A DNA stretch of 64,000 nucleotides from Woeseiaceae bacterium (GCA_034521225.1 JAXHMR010000016.1:21532-85531); one strand, 5' to 3'; numbered from the stretch's first letter, positions 1-11,593 are shown. Program-made: numbers and translations. Notes: generated by a model from the sequence alone, not told the origin.

Positions 1-380
1 AGCTTGCCGGATTCGGCATACAGCCGTTCGATGATGAGCCGGCAGACCGACGACTCTTCGCCCAGCCAGATCGGCGTGCCGACGACGAGGATGTTGGAGG
101 CCATGACCTTTTCACACAGCGACGGCCAGTCGTCGTGTTCGAAACCCTGTTCGCGCATATCGGGATACACCCCGGGCGGCAGCGTCAGATCCACCGCCCG
201 GACCGTGTCCGTCGACACGCCGTTGGCCGCCATGATCTCTTCCGAGACTTTCATCAACGCCTCGGTGTGGGAAAATTCCGGCGATGGCTTCAACGTACAG
301 TTGATGTAAAGCGCCTTCAGGTCGGAGAAGTCGAAGTCGTGATTCTCACACAGCGCTCTCTGTTTCTCATTCAGGGTCAT
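1..380 (-). CDS. Flavodoxin-fold NAD(P)H-dependent oxidoreductase, second diverged copy, runs off the window end
   Basis: The reverse complement from ATG at 380 reads MTLNEKQRALCENHDFDFSDLKALYINCTLKPSPEFSHTEALMKVSEEIM..., nearly identical in protein to the + copy at 2434. Confidence 0.8.
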   Translation of the reverse strand, partial: MTLNEKQRALCENHDFDFSDLKALYINCTLKPSPEFSHTEALMKVSEEIMAANGVSTDTVRAVDLTLPPGVYPDMREQGFEHDDWPSLCEKVMASNILVVGTPIWLGEESSVCRLIIERLYAESGK

Positions 381-419
381 GATCGTATTCCTTGGTCGGA
401 TTGCACAATACCGGTTCGT

Positions 420-1490
420 TCAGGCGCCGAAGGCTTCGCGGATCTTTGCCATACCGAATTTCATTGCCTGGGATAGTTCGATCTTCGGCGGCATGATCAG
501 GGCGTCCGGATCGACGCTGACGTTGACAACTACAGGCCGGTGGGCGTCGAACGCCTGCTGAAGGGCTGCGTCCAGGTCACCCGGGTCGGTTACGGAAATA
601 CCCAGCGCCCCGCATGCTTCCGCCAGCGCGGTGAAATCCGGGTTGGTGATGTCAGTGCCCCAGTCGGGCAGGCCCTTGCGCTTCCTGCTCGAGCGTGATA
701 AAGCCCAGGCTTGGCGTCGTTCGAGCTCCACGATGACCACCGGAAGCTGGTTCAGCGCCGCTACAAGCCAGATCGCCGCCGACCGGCGTGGAAAACGCGC
801 CGTCGCCGACGATGGCGACCACCCGCCGCATGCAGGGTAGGCGAGCTGGGCGCCGATCGCGCGGGCAGGCCGATGGCGGTGGTCGCCAGTCCGCCCGAGA
901 GCGTGAAGCGCTGCCGAGATCGGACACGCAGATGGCGCGGCCAGGCGGTGGCGGTGCCCGTATCGGCAATGAAAATGGTGTCGTCGGGCGCCGCATCGGA
1001 CAGGGCCTTGAGGACGCGCGGCGGGGCAATGGGCGCCGAGTCCGACGTCTCGGCCCTTGTCGCGGTCCTCGCGCCAGCGGGCCATCTCGGCCTGAATCGC
1101 CTTCGAGGAACGTCCGGCTTCGCGTCTGAGCGACGCGCTCGGTCAGTGCCGCAAGCGTGGCGAGGCCGGCATGAGCGACCAGGCCGATGTCCACGGGATG
1201 GCGGCGCCCGATACGGGTGGGCTCCCAATCGATCTGAATGGTCCGCGCCGACTCCGGATGGAAACCCGTGTACGGGAAATCCCGTGCCGACCATGATCAG
1301 CAGATCGCACTCGTCCATCGCCTTGACGGCGGGGCTTGCCGCCAGCAGCCCGAGACCGCCGGCACAGAGCGGCCTGATCGTCGTCGATCACCTCCTTGGC
1401 CTTGAGACTGCGGACGATGGGTGCCTGCACCGCCTTGGCAAAGGCGAACAATTCGGTCTGCGACCCTGTGCATCCAATGCCGGCAAGCCC
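420..1490 (-). CDS. TPP-dependent pyruvate oxidase/dehydrogenase (PoxB-like), 5'-truncated inverted copy, frameshifted
   Basis: Pieces LAGIGC..FAKAVQAPIVRSLKAKE, MDECDLLIMVGT, VVAIVGDGAF, WGTDITNPDFTALAEACG and C-terminal PPKIELSQAMKFGMAKIREAFGA. Confidence 0.75.
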
Positions 1491-2392
1491 GGCGTCAAGG
1501 CGATGGACGAGTGCGATCCGCCGATCATGGTCGGCACGGATTTCCCGTACCGGGATTTCTATCCGAAGTCGGCGCGGACCATTCAGATAGATTGGGAGCC
1601 CACCCGTATCGGGCGCCGCCATCCCGTGGACATCGGGCTGGTTGCTCATGCCGGCCCCACGCTTGCGGCACTGACCGAGCGCGTCGCCAAACGCGAAAGC
1701 GGGTCGTTTCTCGAGGCCATTCAGGCCGAGATGGCTCGCTGGCGCGAAAGCCGCGACAAGGACGAGGCATCGGACTCGGTGCCCATTGCCCCGCCGCGTG
1801 TGCTCAAGGCCGTATCCGATGCAGCGCCCGACGACACCATTTTCATTGCCGACACGGGCACGGCCACTGCCTGGGCCGCGCGCCATCTGCGTATTCGATC
1901 CGGGCAGCGCTTCACGCTCTCGGGCGGACTGGCGACCATGGCCATCGGCCTGCCTGGCGCGATCGGCGCCCAGCTGGCCTACCCGCAGCGGCGGGTGGTC
2001 GCCATCGTCGGCGACGGCGCGTTTTCCATGCTGGTCGGCGATCTGGTCACAGCGGTGCGCTACGAGCTTCCAGTGGTCATCGTGGTGCTTAACAATGCCA
2101 AGCTGGGCTTTATCACGCTCGAGCAGGAAGCCAAGGGCCTGCCCGACTGGGGCACGGACATCAGCAATCCCGACTTCACCGCGCTCGCGGAAGCCTGCGG
2201 GGCGCTGGGCATTTCCGTAACCGACCCGAGTGAATTGAGTGCAGCCCTTGCAGCAGGCCTTCGACGCCCGCAGGCCTGTGGTCGTCAATGTCAGCGTCGA
2301 TCCGGACGCCTTGATCATGCCGCCGAAGATCGAACTATCCCACGGCGATGAAATTCGGCATGGCAAAGATCCGCGAAGCCTTTGGTGCCTGA
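1482..2392 (+). CDS. TPP-dependent pyruvate oxidase (PoxB-like), C-terminal half only
   Basis: GKPGVKAMDECD..MVGTDFPY, LSGGLATMAIGLPGAIGAQLAYP and TPP motif GDGAFSM...NN. No N-terminal PYR domain; frameshift near 2250. Confidence 0.8.
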
Positions 2393-2433
2393 AGAATCCG
2401 CTCATTGTCGAACTTCTACAAAGGGAGACCATC

Positions 2434-3182
2434 ATGACTCTGAATGAGAAACAGAAAGCCCTATGTGAAAATCACGGCTTTGACTTCTCCGACCTGAAGG
2501 CGCTTTACATCAACTGTACGTTGAAGCCATCGCCAGAGTTTTCTCACACCGAGGCGCTCATGAAAGTCTCGGAAGAGATCATGGCGCGCCAACGGCGTCT
2601 CGACCGAGATGGTCCGGGCGGTGGACCTGACCCTGCCGCCCGGGGTGTATCCCGATATGCGCGAACATGGTTTCGAGCGCGACGACTGGCCGTCGCTGTG
2701 TGAGAAGGTCATGGCTGTCCCATATCCTCGTCGTCGGCACGCCGATCTGGCTGGGCGAGGAGTCGTCGGTCTGCCGGCGCGTCATCGAGCGGCTGTATGC
2801 CGAATCCGGCAAGCTCAACGACCGCAATCAGTCAATCTATTACGCTCGCGCGGGCGGCTGCGTCATCACGGGCAATGAAGACGGTGCCAAACACAGTTCC
2901 ATGTCCATCCTGTATGCGCTGCAACATCTCGGCTACACCATACCGCCGCAGGCCGACGCCGGGTGGATTGGTGAAGCCGGGCCGGGTCCGTCCTACGGTG
3001 ACGAGGGTTCCGGCGGGCCGGAAAACGACTTCACGCAGCGCAACACCACGTTCATGACCTGGAACCTGATGCACATGGCGCGACTGCTCAAGGATGCCGG
3101 CGGCATCCCCGCGCACGGCAACGACCGCAAGGCCTGGACCGCCGGCTGTCGTTTCGACCACCCTAATCCCGATTATCGCTGA
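2434..3182 (+). CDS. Flavodoxin family / NAD(P)H-dependent FMN reductase-like protein (frameshifted)
   Basis: INCTLKPSP, ILVVGTPIWLGEESS, GCVITGNEDGAKH, QADAGWIGEAGPGPSY, TFMTWNLMHMA; RBS GGGAG upstream. Confidence 0.85.
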
Positions 3183-3212
3183 TCTCGCTCGCGTTCTCAC
3201 CGCTGAACCAGG

Positions 3213-4831
3213 TTGCTATTTGATGACCAAACCCACTGGAAAGCACTGCTCGATGATCCCGGCCTGAACAAATCCACCGCCTTCACACGCGAGGAGCGCG
3301 AGCGATACGGCCTCGCGGCCTGTTGCCCTATCGCGTCTCCGACATGGAATCGCAGCAGCGGCGTGTCCTCGGGAACCTGCAACGCGAAGGCAACGACATC
3401 GAGAAATACATTTTTCTCAACGCGCTGCAGGAACGCAATCACCGCCTGTTCTACCCGCACGATAACCGATCACATTGAGGAACTACTGCCGCTGATCTAT
3501 ACCCCTACAGTGGTCAGGCCTGCAAGGAATTCGCGCACATCGTTTCGCCGGGACGCAGGGCCTTCACTTGCCCGAAGATCGCGGCGAGGTCCGCCGGGTT
3601 CTCGACAACTGGCCACAGCAGGACGTTGCGCGTGATCGTGATGACCGACGGCGAGCGCATCCTCGGGCTGGGCGATCTCGGCGCCAATGGCATGGGCATC
3701 CCGATCGGCAAACTCGCGCTTTACGTGGCCTGCGGCGGCATCTGGCCGGAGCAGTGTCTTCCGCTCATGCTCGACGTGGGCACCGACAACAAGGAACTGC
3801 GCGCTGATCCGCTCTATCTCGGCTGGCCCCATGAGCGCCTGCGCGGCGATGCCTATGACAGTCTCATGGAAGAACTGGTCACCGCACTGCAGGACAAATG
3901 GCCCAGGGCGCTGATTCAGTTCGAGGACTTTGCCGGGAAAAACGCCTTCGAGCTGCTCGGGCGCTATCGTGACCGTGCCCGCATGTTCAATGACGACATT
4001 CAGGGGACCGCCGCCGCCACGCTCGCCGGGATTTATGCGGCTAATCGGATTACCGGCAAAGCCTTCGCGGATCTACGGATTCTGTTTCTCGAAGCACGGC
4101 GGCGCATCACCGGTATCGCCGGTTTGATGGCCCGCGCTTTCGAGTCACAGGGCCTGAGCGGAAGACGCCGTATCCGGCTACGGCTGGTTGACCGCGACGG
4201 TCTGGTCACTGCGGATCGCGAGGGTCTGGACGACTGGCTCGAACCGTTTGCGCCCGAGTGCGAGGCCATGGAGTTTCATCGAGGCCATCGAGACTGTTCA
4301 AACCGGATGCATTGATCGGCGCCAGCCGGCGTGGCGGCACGGTTGCCGAGCAGGCCGTACGCGCCATGGCGCGGCTCAATGAACGCCCTTTGATTTTTGC
4401 CCTTTCCAACCCGACCGCGAACGCGGAATGCACCGCCGAGCAGGCCTATGCCTGGAGTGAAGGCCGCGCCGTTATCGCAGCGGCAGTGCATTCAGGCCCG
4501 TCGAGTTCGAAGGCAAGACCGTTTATCCGGGACAAGCCAACAATGCCTACTATTCCCGGGCATTGGTCTCGGCATCAGCGTCTCGACAGCCTCCCGGGTA
4601 GCCGAGCCCATGTTCCTTGCTGCCGCGGAAGCGCTCGCGGACAGTGTCCACGAAGAGTCGCTGAAGACTGGAACGCTGTTTCCGCCACTCTCGGAAATAC
4701 GGTCAGTGTCACAGAGGATCGCTGAATCTGTGTACGAGGTCGCTGAACGAGAGGGATTGGTCGAAGAATCCGCCGGGAAAAAGTCCAGGGCAGACGCCAT
4801 AGCCAGCGCCATGTACGAGCCGCGCTACTGA
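3213..4831 (+). CDS. maeA: NAD-dependent malic enzyme (frameshifted)
   Basis: LNKSTAF, LLPLIYTPTV, VMTDGERILGLGDLG..GMGIPIGKL, DVGTDN, QFEDF, FNDDIQGT, FALSNPT, GQANN..LFPGIGLG. Confidence 0.9.
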
Positions 4832-4913
4832 CCGCATCATCCTGGTCAGCGTGGCCGCGACGGCCACGATATCGCGACCCGGCCATCCCCCCGCGACGCG
4901 GCCGGAACAGTGA

Positions 4914-6291
4914 TTATCGGCTTGAAGTTCCCGTCGCCCAGCTGCAGGTACAGCGCACCATCATGCTCGATGAAGGCCGCCGTCGCCAGCGGCTGTCCGG
5001 CGAAGCGGAACTGCCGGTCCGTAACCGGCAGCAGCGCCCGGCCCGTTCTTCCTGCCCGACGAACGACGAGACCCTGTCCCGAACGCGACGCTCAGGCGCC
5101 GTGGTGACACCTCGGTCGCCGGCGCATTCGGGAAACGCCAGGTGACCGCTTCGTGATTTCCCGTGTCGGCCAGCAAGGACCTCTTCGGGACGTCGACGCT
5201 CGCCGGGTCCGGCGCCGCGGCAGCCCGGCGACGATGTATTCCTCCACGCGCCTGCGAACGCGCGCGTAGTCGTTCCGGAACACGTTGATCCCGACGAAGT
5301 ACGCGAGCCCCGCCTGCTTCTGATAGGCGAACCGCGAGGATAGCCGTCGGCGTCGCCGCGGCCATGAAAGACGTGCCCGTCGTGAAAACGCATAGAGCTC
5401 AGCCCGTAACCGAAGCGCAGGCCGGCACCCGCCGCCAGCGTGGTTTGCGGCGCTTCCATTCGCTCGATCAGCGCAGGGGGCGAGAAACGCGTCGCCGCCA
5501 TGATGGCCCCGGTTCAGGAACATTTGCAGCAACGGCGCCATGTCGGCAGGCCTGACGTTGAGCGCGAAATCAGGTAAGTCATGTGCCATAAGGGATCTCG
5601 CTCCTGCGGTCGCTGTCGTAGCCGGTGACCAGCCGGGCCATGACCCGCGGCTCGGGCATTGGCCCGAGCTTGTGCAGCGGCTCCAGCACTGCGCGCCGCA
5701 GATGATCCTCGAAGGGCATGCCGGTGATGTGCTCGATGGCCGCGGCGATAGGGGCTGTTATTTGGATAGGAATGATGCTGGCCGGGCGGCCAGCGCACCG
5801 TTACCTGGTCCGGGCTCCGTGCAAACGCCGCCTGCGGGGTCAGTGGGTCGTTAAACCAGCGCGCGGTCAGATCAGCCCCGCCGTGTGCTCGAGCAGATGC
5901 TCGCGAGGTGACCGGGTTACTGTGCCGCCATGGATTCCTGACAGGAAGCGTTGGCGCAATGTCCTGGAGCCGGTCGGTCAGCGCCATCGGCCTTCACGAA
6001 CCAGGCGCAGGACCGCCAGGGCGGTGAAGGTCTTGGTAATCGAGCCAACGCCGGGAAGTGGCTCAGGACCGAACGGCTCCCGCGTATCCCGGTCAACAAC
6101 GCCGTAGGTCCTGGACAGCAGTATGCGATCCCGGTCCACCAGCACCAGCGCAGGGCCGGAATGTCCAGCTCGACGCGCTGGGCGTCCATGTCCCGATCCA
6201 GCGCAGCAAGGCGGTCGGGATCGGCAGATGCCTCTGGCGAGGTCAGTGCGGCCATCAGCAATAACGCCAGCGCCGGACGGTAGTCCATCAC
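4914..6291 (-). CDS. Serine hydrolase, beta-lactamase-like family, with signal peptide (frameshifted)
   Basis: Signal-like N-terminus; SxxK motif VGSITKTFTALA near 6020-6050; HSY.N second motif; FHGRGDADGY near 5350-5380. Confidence 0.75.
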
Positions 6292-6298
6292 AGGCAGT

Positions 6299-6431
6299 TC
6301 ACGTGTTCACAGGGACTTCAGCGGGCTCGGTGTCGCGCAGGCTGTCCGGGATGAGCCGGGACTCCTTCCTCAATGTTGACCTTGTGATTCGTGTCGAAGC
6401 GCTCGAAGAGCCGCACGAGCTCGGCTTGCAT
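6299..6431 (-). pseudogene. Possible EF-hand small-protein remnant
   Basis: ATG at 6431 gives MQAELVRLFERFDTNHKVNIEE, resembling the helix-loop start of an EF-hand (LF..FD.N). It degenerates afterwards. Confidence 0.3.
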
Positions 6432-6458
6432 TCAGTCGAACGTACTCGGCGGTTGCCC

Positions 6459-7516
6459 TTATTCGACTCCCTCCGGCAACTCAAACGGCACGCTCTCCGG
6501 CGCACCAAGTGCTCCGGCATACTGCCGGTCAGTGCCTTGAGGAAGACCGCCAGCTCGGCGACTGCCTCGTCGCTCAGGTCTTGCCCCAGCTGCACGTCGG
6601 CCATGATATCAATGGCCTCCTTAAGCCCTTTGACACTGCCGTCGTGAAAATACGGAGCAGTCTTGGCGACATTGCGCAGCGGTTGTACGCGAAATACATA
6701 GCGATCTTCTTCTTTGCCGGTAACGCGCATCAATCCGTCATCGGGCTCTCTGCTACCGGTTCGTGACCCGTAGTCAGATACCACGCCAAAGCGTTGCAGC
6801 GCGCCGCCGCCGAGCAACGGGCCATTGTGGCAGCCCGCGCAGCCGAGTTTCACAAAACGCTCGAGGCCCGCGAGCTCGCGTTCAGAAAGAGCCTCGTCGT
6901 CACCGTCGAGCCACAGATCGAACGGTGCCGGAGTACGCAAGCTGCGCTGGTAGGCCTCGAGTGCCGCACCGTAGTGTTCGATACTTACTGCTTTACCTGA
7001 CTCTGGAAAAGCCGCCTCGAACGCGGGCGCGTAGCCGTATTCCTGCAGCAGCGGCAGCAGCTCCGTGCGCTCATCAAAACCCATGGAGCCTGTGACCGAC
7101 CCGATGGCCTGCGCGGCACCCGAGTCACGATCGGCCAGCCACCTGAGTCCGGCGCTGGCCTGCTGCGTATTGAATATCGTCATCGAGTGAAAGCGTGTCA
7201 GCTTGCCGCGGGCATCCGTCGATTGCACACGAGTATCGGCGCCATAGGCTTCCCGGAAGTGGCAGCTGGCGCAGGCAGTCTGCCCGTCCCGTGACAGGCG
7301 CATGTCCCAGAACAAACGCTGGCCAAGCACGACGGCCGGCCGGTTCAGCTCCTCCTGCGTAACGCGTGCCAACGTGCCGAACAATGCTTTTGACTGCGCG
7401 CGCAATGTATCGGTGCTTTCGGACTGGACTACGACTGGCATGCACAGACCCAGTAGCAGCCAGGCCATGTTTACTAGCCTTCCGATCGTGATAAATCTGT
7501 CATACCTGAGTCGCAT
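6459..7516 (-). CDS. Di-heme cytochrome c peroxidase (CcpA/MauG family)
   Basis: Two CxxCH motifs (CASCH, CAGCH), LGQRLFWD..LS, FRVQPLRNVAKTAPYFHDGS; RBS AGGAG; stop at 6459 after a terminal frameshift. Confidence 0.88.
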
Positions 7517-7582
7517 CTCTCTCCTTCTGACCTGTTCAAGAGAATAAGTTCTCGCGGTCAGGACTGGCATCCTTGGCTATTT

Positions 7583-7989
7583 TTATAGCCAGTTTTCCAC
7601 TTTCAGGCCGGGGACCCGCGAGAATTCCAGACATTGGCGGTCACAACTGTCAGGTTATTCGCGCGCGCATGTGCAGCAATCAGCAGATCGTTTGGCCCGA
7701 TGAGTGTTCCCTGACGGGTGAGGTGATGGCGTATTGCTGCGTAGTGATGGTCGGCGGGTGTTTCCAATGGCAGGATTTCCACAGCGGAGAGGATCAGGTC
7801 GACGCGTTGCACCAGTTTTGCAGACTTTGACTTGGTCGCACCATAGCGGAGTTCTGCGGCTACAATGACGCTTGTGCAGACGCTATCCTCGCCTGCCTTG
7901 GTGATCTGAGCTGCTACCTCGCCTTGCGGATTACGGACCAGAGCGGACAGGATGTTAGTATCCAGCAAATACGCAAGCGACGTACTCAC
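7583..7989 (-). CDS. vapC: VapC PIN-domain toxin
   Basis: YLLDTNILS, VAAELRYG, IGPNDLLIAAHA...VVTAN; C-terminus EFSRVPGLKVENWL after a frameshift. Confidence 0.92.
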
Positions 7990-8229
7990 AACAACACATC
8001 ATCCACGTGAGGAAGGTCCTCATCGATTTCGGGAAAAGGTTCTGTCAGGGGAGGCAGCGGAGGCTAGCAGTGCCAGCAGCCTGCCTTTACGAATCGGCTC
8101 CACGATCAGCCGGTCGCCCTCCTTGTGGATGAGTGCCTCCTCGCCCTCCAGCTCGAACTCGCGAGGGATGCGAAGCGCTTGGTTGCGCCCGTTGCGAAAG
8201 AGGCGCACGTGACGTTCACGGGTTGACAT
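7986..8229 (-). CDS. vapB: VapB antitoxin (AbrB/MazE-type)
   Basis: LFRNGRNQALRIPREFEL...GDRLIVEP; GTGA overlap with vapC after correcting one frameshift. Confidence 0.9.
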
Positions 8230-8245
8230 TTGAGAATCCCCTCAT

Positions 8246-8285
8246 GCATATGTCAAAGCCTATGCCGATAAGTCCGGTAAGTCAA
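8246..8285 (-). promoter_or_regulatory. Sigma70 promoter and autorepression operator of vapBC
   Basis: Minus strand TTGACT-17 nt-TAGGCT (8285-8257), overlapped by the inverted repeat GCATA-N10-TATGC (8246-8265). Confidence 0.6.
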
Positions 8286-8317
8286 CCGAGGCGCCGGCGG
8301 TCATTAACACTGTCCGC

Positions 8318-8386
8318 ATGGGCAGCAACCGTTGCGGGAACAGCTGGTTGCCGAGAATCATCAACAGAGACCCCCGCATCGCTCAT
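8318..8386 (-). pseudogene. 5' stump (about 22 codons) of a second cryptochrome/photolyase-family gene
   Basis: With one extra G removed it reads MSDAGSLLMILGNQLFPQRLLP, versus MRDSIPMLLILGNQLFPRRQLP at 35033. The DNA gcgggaacagctggtt.ccgagaatca is shared, and there is an RBS GGAG. Confidence 0.75.
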
Positions 8387-8402
8387 CTCTCCGCCCCGGA
8401 CC

Positions 8403-9130
8403 TCAGTCCTGCCGCAACACACCCGTCAAGGTAAGCACGACGACCGCGGACAGCGCGGCGCCGGTGATGATGTAGAGACTGTGCAGCAACAGCCAGATCG
8501 AGCGCCCGGCTCTAACGGCGTGAACTGGCAACGCAGGTCCTGGCCGAGGTCGACGACAGGCAATGCCGCGTCCAGCGCATAGTGCATGATGTGCAGCCCG
8601 GGGCAACCGTTTTCCGTCGCGTGCCGGGCGAGGCCGAACGCGAACTCGTAGGTCAAGGACGACGGATCGCTCTCGACCGGCAGGAACGGCTGCTGGAAGA
8701 CGAATAGCGCCGTCGCATACATCGCGGTCCCGAACAGCACAAAAATAACGAACGACATCACCGCACGGCTCGACGAATAACCGTAATGGCTGATGAGCAT
8801 CAGGTCGTATCGGGAAAATGCATGCCAGGCCAGTCGCACGCGCTGCGAGCCGCATGCGTATTTTCTCGACTGCTACGGCATTCGCCTCCCGCGCCAGGCC
8901 ATGCTGCCGAAGGACGCGACTCAATTGCTCGTACGGCTGTGGCCGGAAACCCGTCGGCGTTGGCCTGGCGCCAGGAAACTGGCGGCACAACCACCGGATG
9001 CGCCTTGCCGTGACATCGCCAGCGCCGATGTGGCGTATGCGCTCGTAGCTTGCGCCATCGAGATCGAGGAAACCATCTGCCGGCCAGCCGGTTTCGATAC
9101 CGTCGAGTATGGTGTTCGCTCGTAAATCTG
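8403..9130 (-). CDS. C-terminal fragment of a membrane-associated oxidoreductase-like hypothetical protein (5'-truncated, frameshifted)
   Basis: LDLDGASYERI, GFRPQPYEQLSRVLRQHG, HYGYSSSRA, YALDAALPVVDLGQ, LTGVLRQD: the typical C-terminal signature of this family. Confidence 0.6.
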
Positions 9131-9253
9131 ATCCGGTAAATGCCGTCTTGTCCGGCCGTCCGCATTGCCTTGCGGCGGGGTGGCAAGCGGCAATGCCAGC
9201 CGAGGTAACACGGCCGGCCACGTTGGGCATTTGATCATCACGAGGACGCAACC

Positions 9254-11287
9254 ATGCTGACACACGAAATCACCGCATACGCCGGGCGATACCTGCTGCT
9301 TGCGCCCCTGTTGCTGGCCCTGGCGGCTTGCGGTCCGTCGGAGAACGCCACGACAGGGCAGCAAGCGGACACCGAAACCGGCGAACCAGACGTCACGGTT
9401 TACGACACCGGCGTCTTTTTCGACAGTGTCACATACCGGCTGGGCCACGGCGGCGGCCACGCATTCTCCAGCGACGGCCAGCGACTGTTGGTCAACTCCG
9501 ACGAGACCGGCGTATTCAACGCCTACGCCCTCGACCTGGGCAACAATCAAATGCAGCCGCTCAGTGACTCCGACGACAATGCGGTTTCGGCAGTGTCATG
9601 GTTTCCCGACGATGACCGCGTCTTGCTGACCGGCGACATTGGCGGGAACAGAGCATAATTCGGTCTTCGTTCGCGAGCTCGACGGCACGCTGATTGACTT
9701 GCTGCCACCCGGTGACTACGAAGTGGCCGGACAGGAGTCGGGACTTCGTTTTGAAAGCTGGCAAGCCGACGGTAAGGCCTTTTTCCTGACGTCCACCGAA
9801 CGCGACCCGCAGGTAGCCGATCTGTATCGTTACGATGCCGACACTTATGCACGGAAACTCGTTTTCCAGAACTCTCGCGACCTGCCGTTCCCTACGCGCG
9901 GCTTCAACGTCAGCCCGGATGGGCGCTGGTTGGCGCTCGACTTTCATCATACGCGGTACGATTTCGACATCTACCTGGTCGACCTGGCCAGCGACGACCG
10001 CACTCCCGAGCGCATCCTGGCAAGCGAGGACGGCGAAGTCGTATACAGAGGCATCGGTTACACCCCGGACGGCAGCAAGTTTATCTACGGCACCGACGCC
10101 AATGGGGAGTTCTGCAGGCCTGGACGTACGAGCTCGACCGGCAAGACGGAGCAACTTATCCGCACGGACTGGGACGTCACGTCGACGCGGACGAATGTGG
10201 AAAGCGGTGTCTTCTTCTCACCGGACGGCCGCTACCGGATTACGATTGAGAACGCGGATGCCCGCAACAAGGTAACCGTCATCGATACCGGACGCGGCGA
10301 GCCGGTGGACCTGTCCTTTCTGCCGGACGGGATGATCAGTGATCCGCGATTTGCCCCGGACGGCGTACGCGTCGCAATTCAGCTGGAACGTGACACGCGG
10401 CCAACTGACATCTACCTCGTTGATCTCGGAGACCGTACCCATCGCAAGCTCACGGAAGCGCTGAACCCGGAAATCAGGGAGTCAGATCTCGTCGAAAGCG
10501 AAGTAGTGCGATTCAAGAGCAGCGACGGGCTGGAGATTCCCGGACTGCTGTACCGCCCGAGGCAGGCGAGTGACACAACCCGGTCCCGAGGCGTGGATAC
10601 ACGGCGGACCGGGCGGACGGGTACCGGCAGGGCTGCGATCCGGTCATCTGGTACCTTGTAAACCAGGGCTATGCGATTACGCGATCGACAATCGCGGCTC
10701 GCGCGGCTATGGCAAGACCTTCCGCAGCCTCGACCGGCGCCGTCATGGCGAAAGCGATGTGCTGGACGTTGTCGCGTCGCGCGGCTTCCTCGAATCATTT
10801 GACTGGATTGACGACAATCGCATCGGCGTCATGGGCGCGTCTTACGGCGGCTACCTGACACTGGCAACGATCACCTTCCATCCGGATGTATTCGATGCCG
10901 CCATCAGCATCGTCGGTTTCTCGGACTACATCCGAAACATCACGGAGGGTGGCTGGCGAATTCCGCGCCTTGCGGCAGCCTATGACGAGATGGGACATCC
11001 AGTGGAGAACGCCGACATGTTGCGGCAGAAATCGCCGCTATTCTTTGCGGACCGGATTTCGATTCCGTTGTTCGTTGCTGCCGGTGCCAACGATGTGCGT
11101 GTGCCGGTAGAGCCAGAACGATCGCCTGGTGGAGGCTGCACGTTCCAACGGTGTCCATGTGGAGTATCTCGTCTTCGAAGACGAGGGCCATGGATTCCGC
11201 AAACGTGCCAACCGGATACGAGCGGTCGAGGCGTACGTCGACTTTCTGGAGCGATTCCTGCGGGCGCCGGGACAAGTGCAAGACTGA
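9254..11287 (+). CDS. S9 family peptidase (prolyl oligopeptidase / acylaminoacyl peptidase), lipoprotein, frameshifted
   Basis: Lipobox LAAC; beta-propeller SPDG repeats; WIHGGP; nucleophile GASYGG; GANDVRVP; DEGHGF. Confidence 0.9.
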
Positions 11288-11562
11288 TTCCCGGCCGCGG
11301 TTGTTTATAACTCACCGCTCACCAGTTTGCCCGGTTTAGCTCCAACTCGAAACTTCAGCACAAGAGTCGCCGTCCGCGGCGCGCGTCGCGAGCATACGGC
11401 TGTTCCTGTCGATACTCGCGATTTCGAATGAAAAGCCCGGTATGGCGCAGTCGTACATCGCCGCACCAATGGCCGGCGCCGACCCTCCCGGCCGAGCGGC
11501 AACTCGTTCTCAACGAACAATGAACCCGCGTCTCGCGGGAATGCTTTCGTTCACTCGATTTA

Positions 11563-11593
11563 AATCTAATTGATAATCATTATTATTTAGATT
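11563..11593. promoter_or_regulatory. Fur box upstream of the TonB-dependent receptor
   Basis: CTAATTGATAATCATTATT (11566-11584) matches 14/19 of the GATAATGATAATCATTATC consensus and sits within an AATCTAA...TTAGATT dyad in an otherwise GC-rich region. Confidence 0.85.

Larger units (their letters stand above)
1..2830. repeat. Large imperfect inverted duplication (arms about 1-1340 and 1482-2820) with a unique spacer of about 140 bp
   Basis: The reverse complement of 1-1340 aligns by eye with 1482-2820. Differences include many synonymous third-position changes. Confidence 0.9.

Noticed and set aside
711-2351. 546-aa ORF as a full-length pyruvate oxidase
   Set aside because: Its first ~255 residues are the antisense reading of the inverted copy. 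Homology starts only at about 1482.
6299-7570. 423-aa peroxidase with a C-terminal extension
   Set aside because: A frameshift near 6510 hides the natural end (PFELPEGVE-stop at 6459).
11524-11543. REP-like hairpin CCCGCGTCTCGCGGGAATG
   Set aside because: Only one copy was seen in the window, so a repeat family cannot be established.
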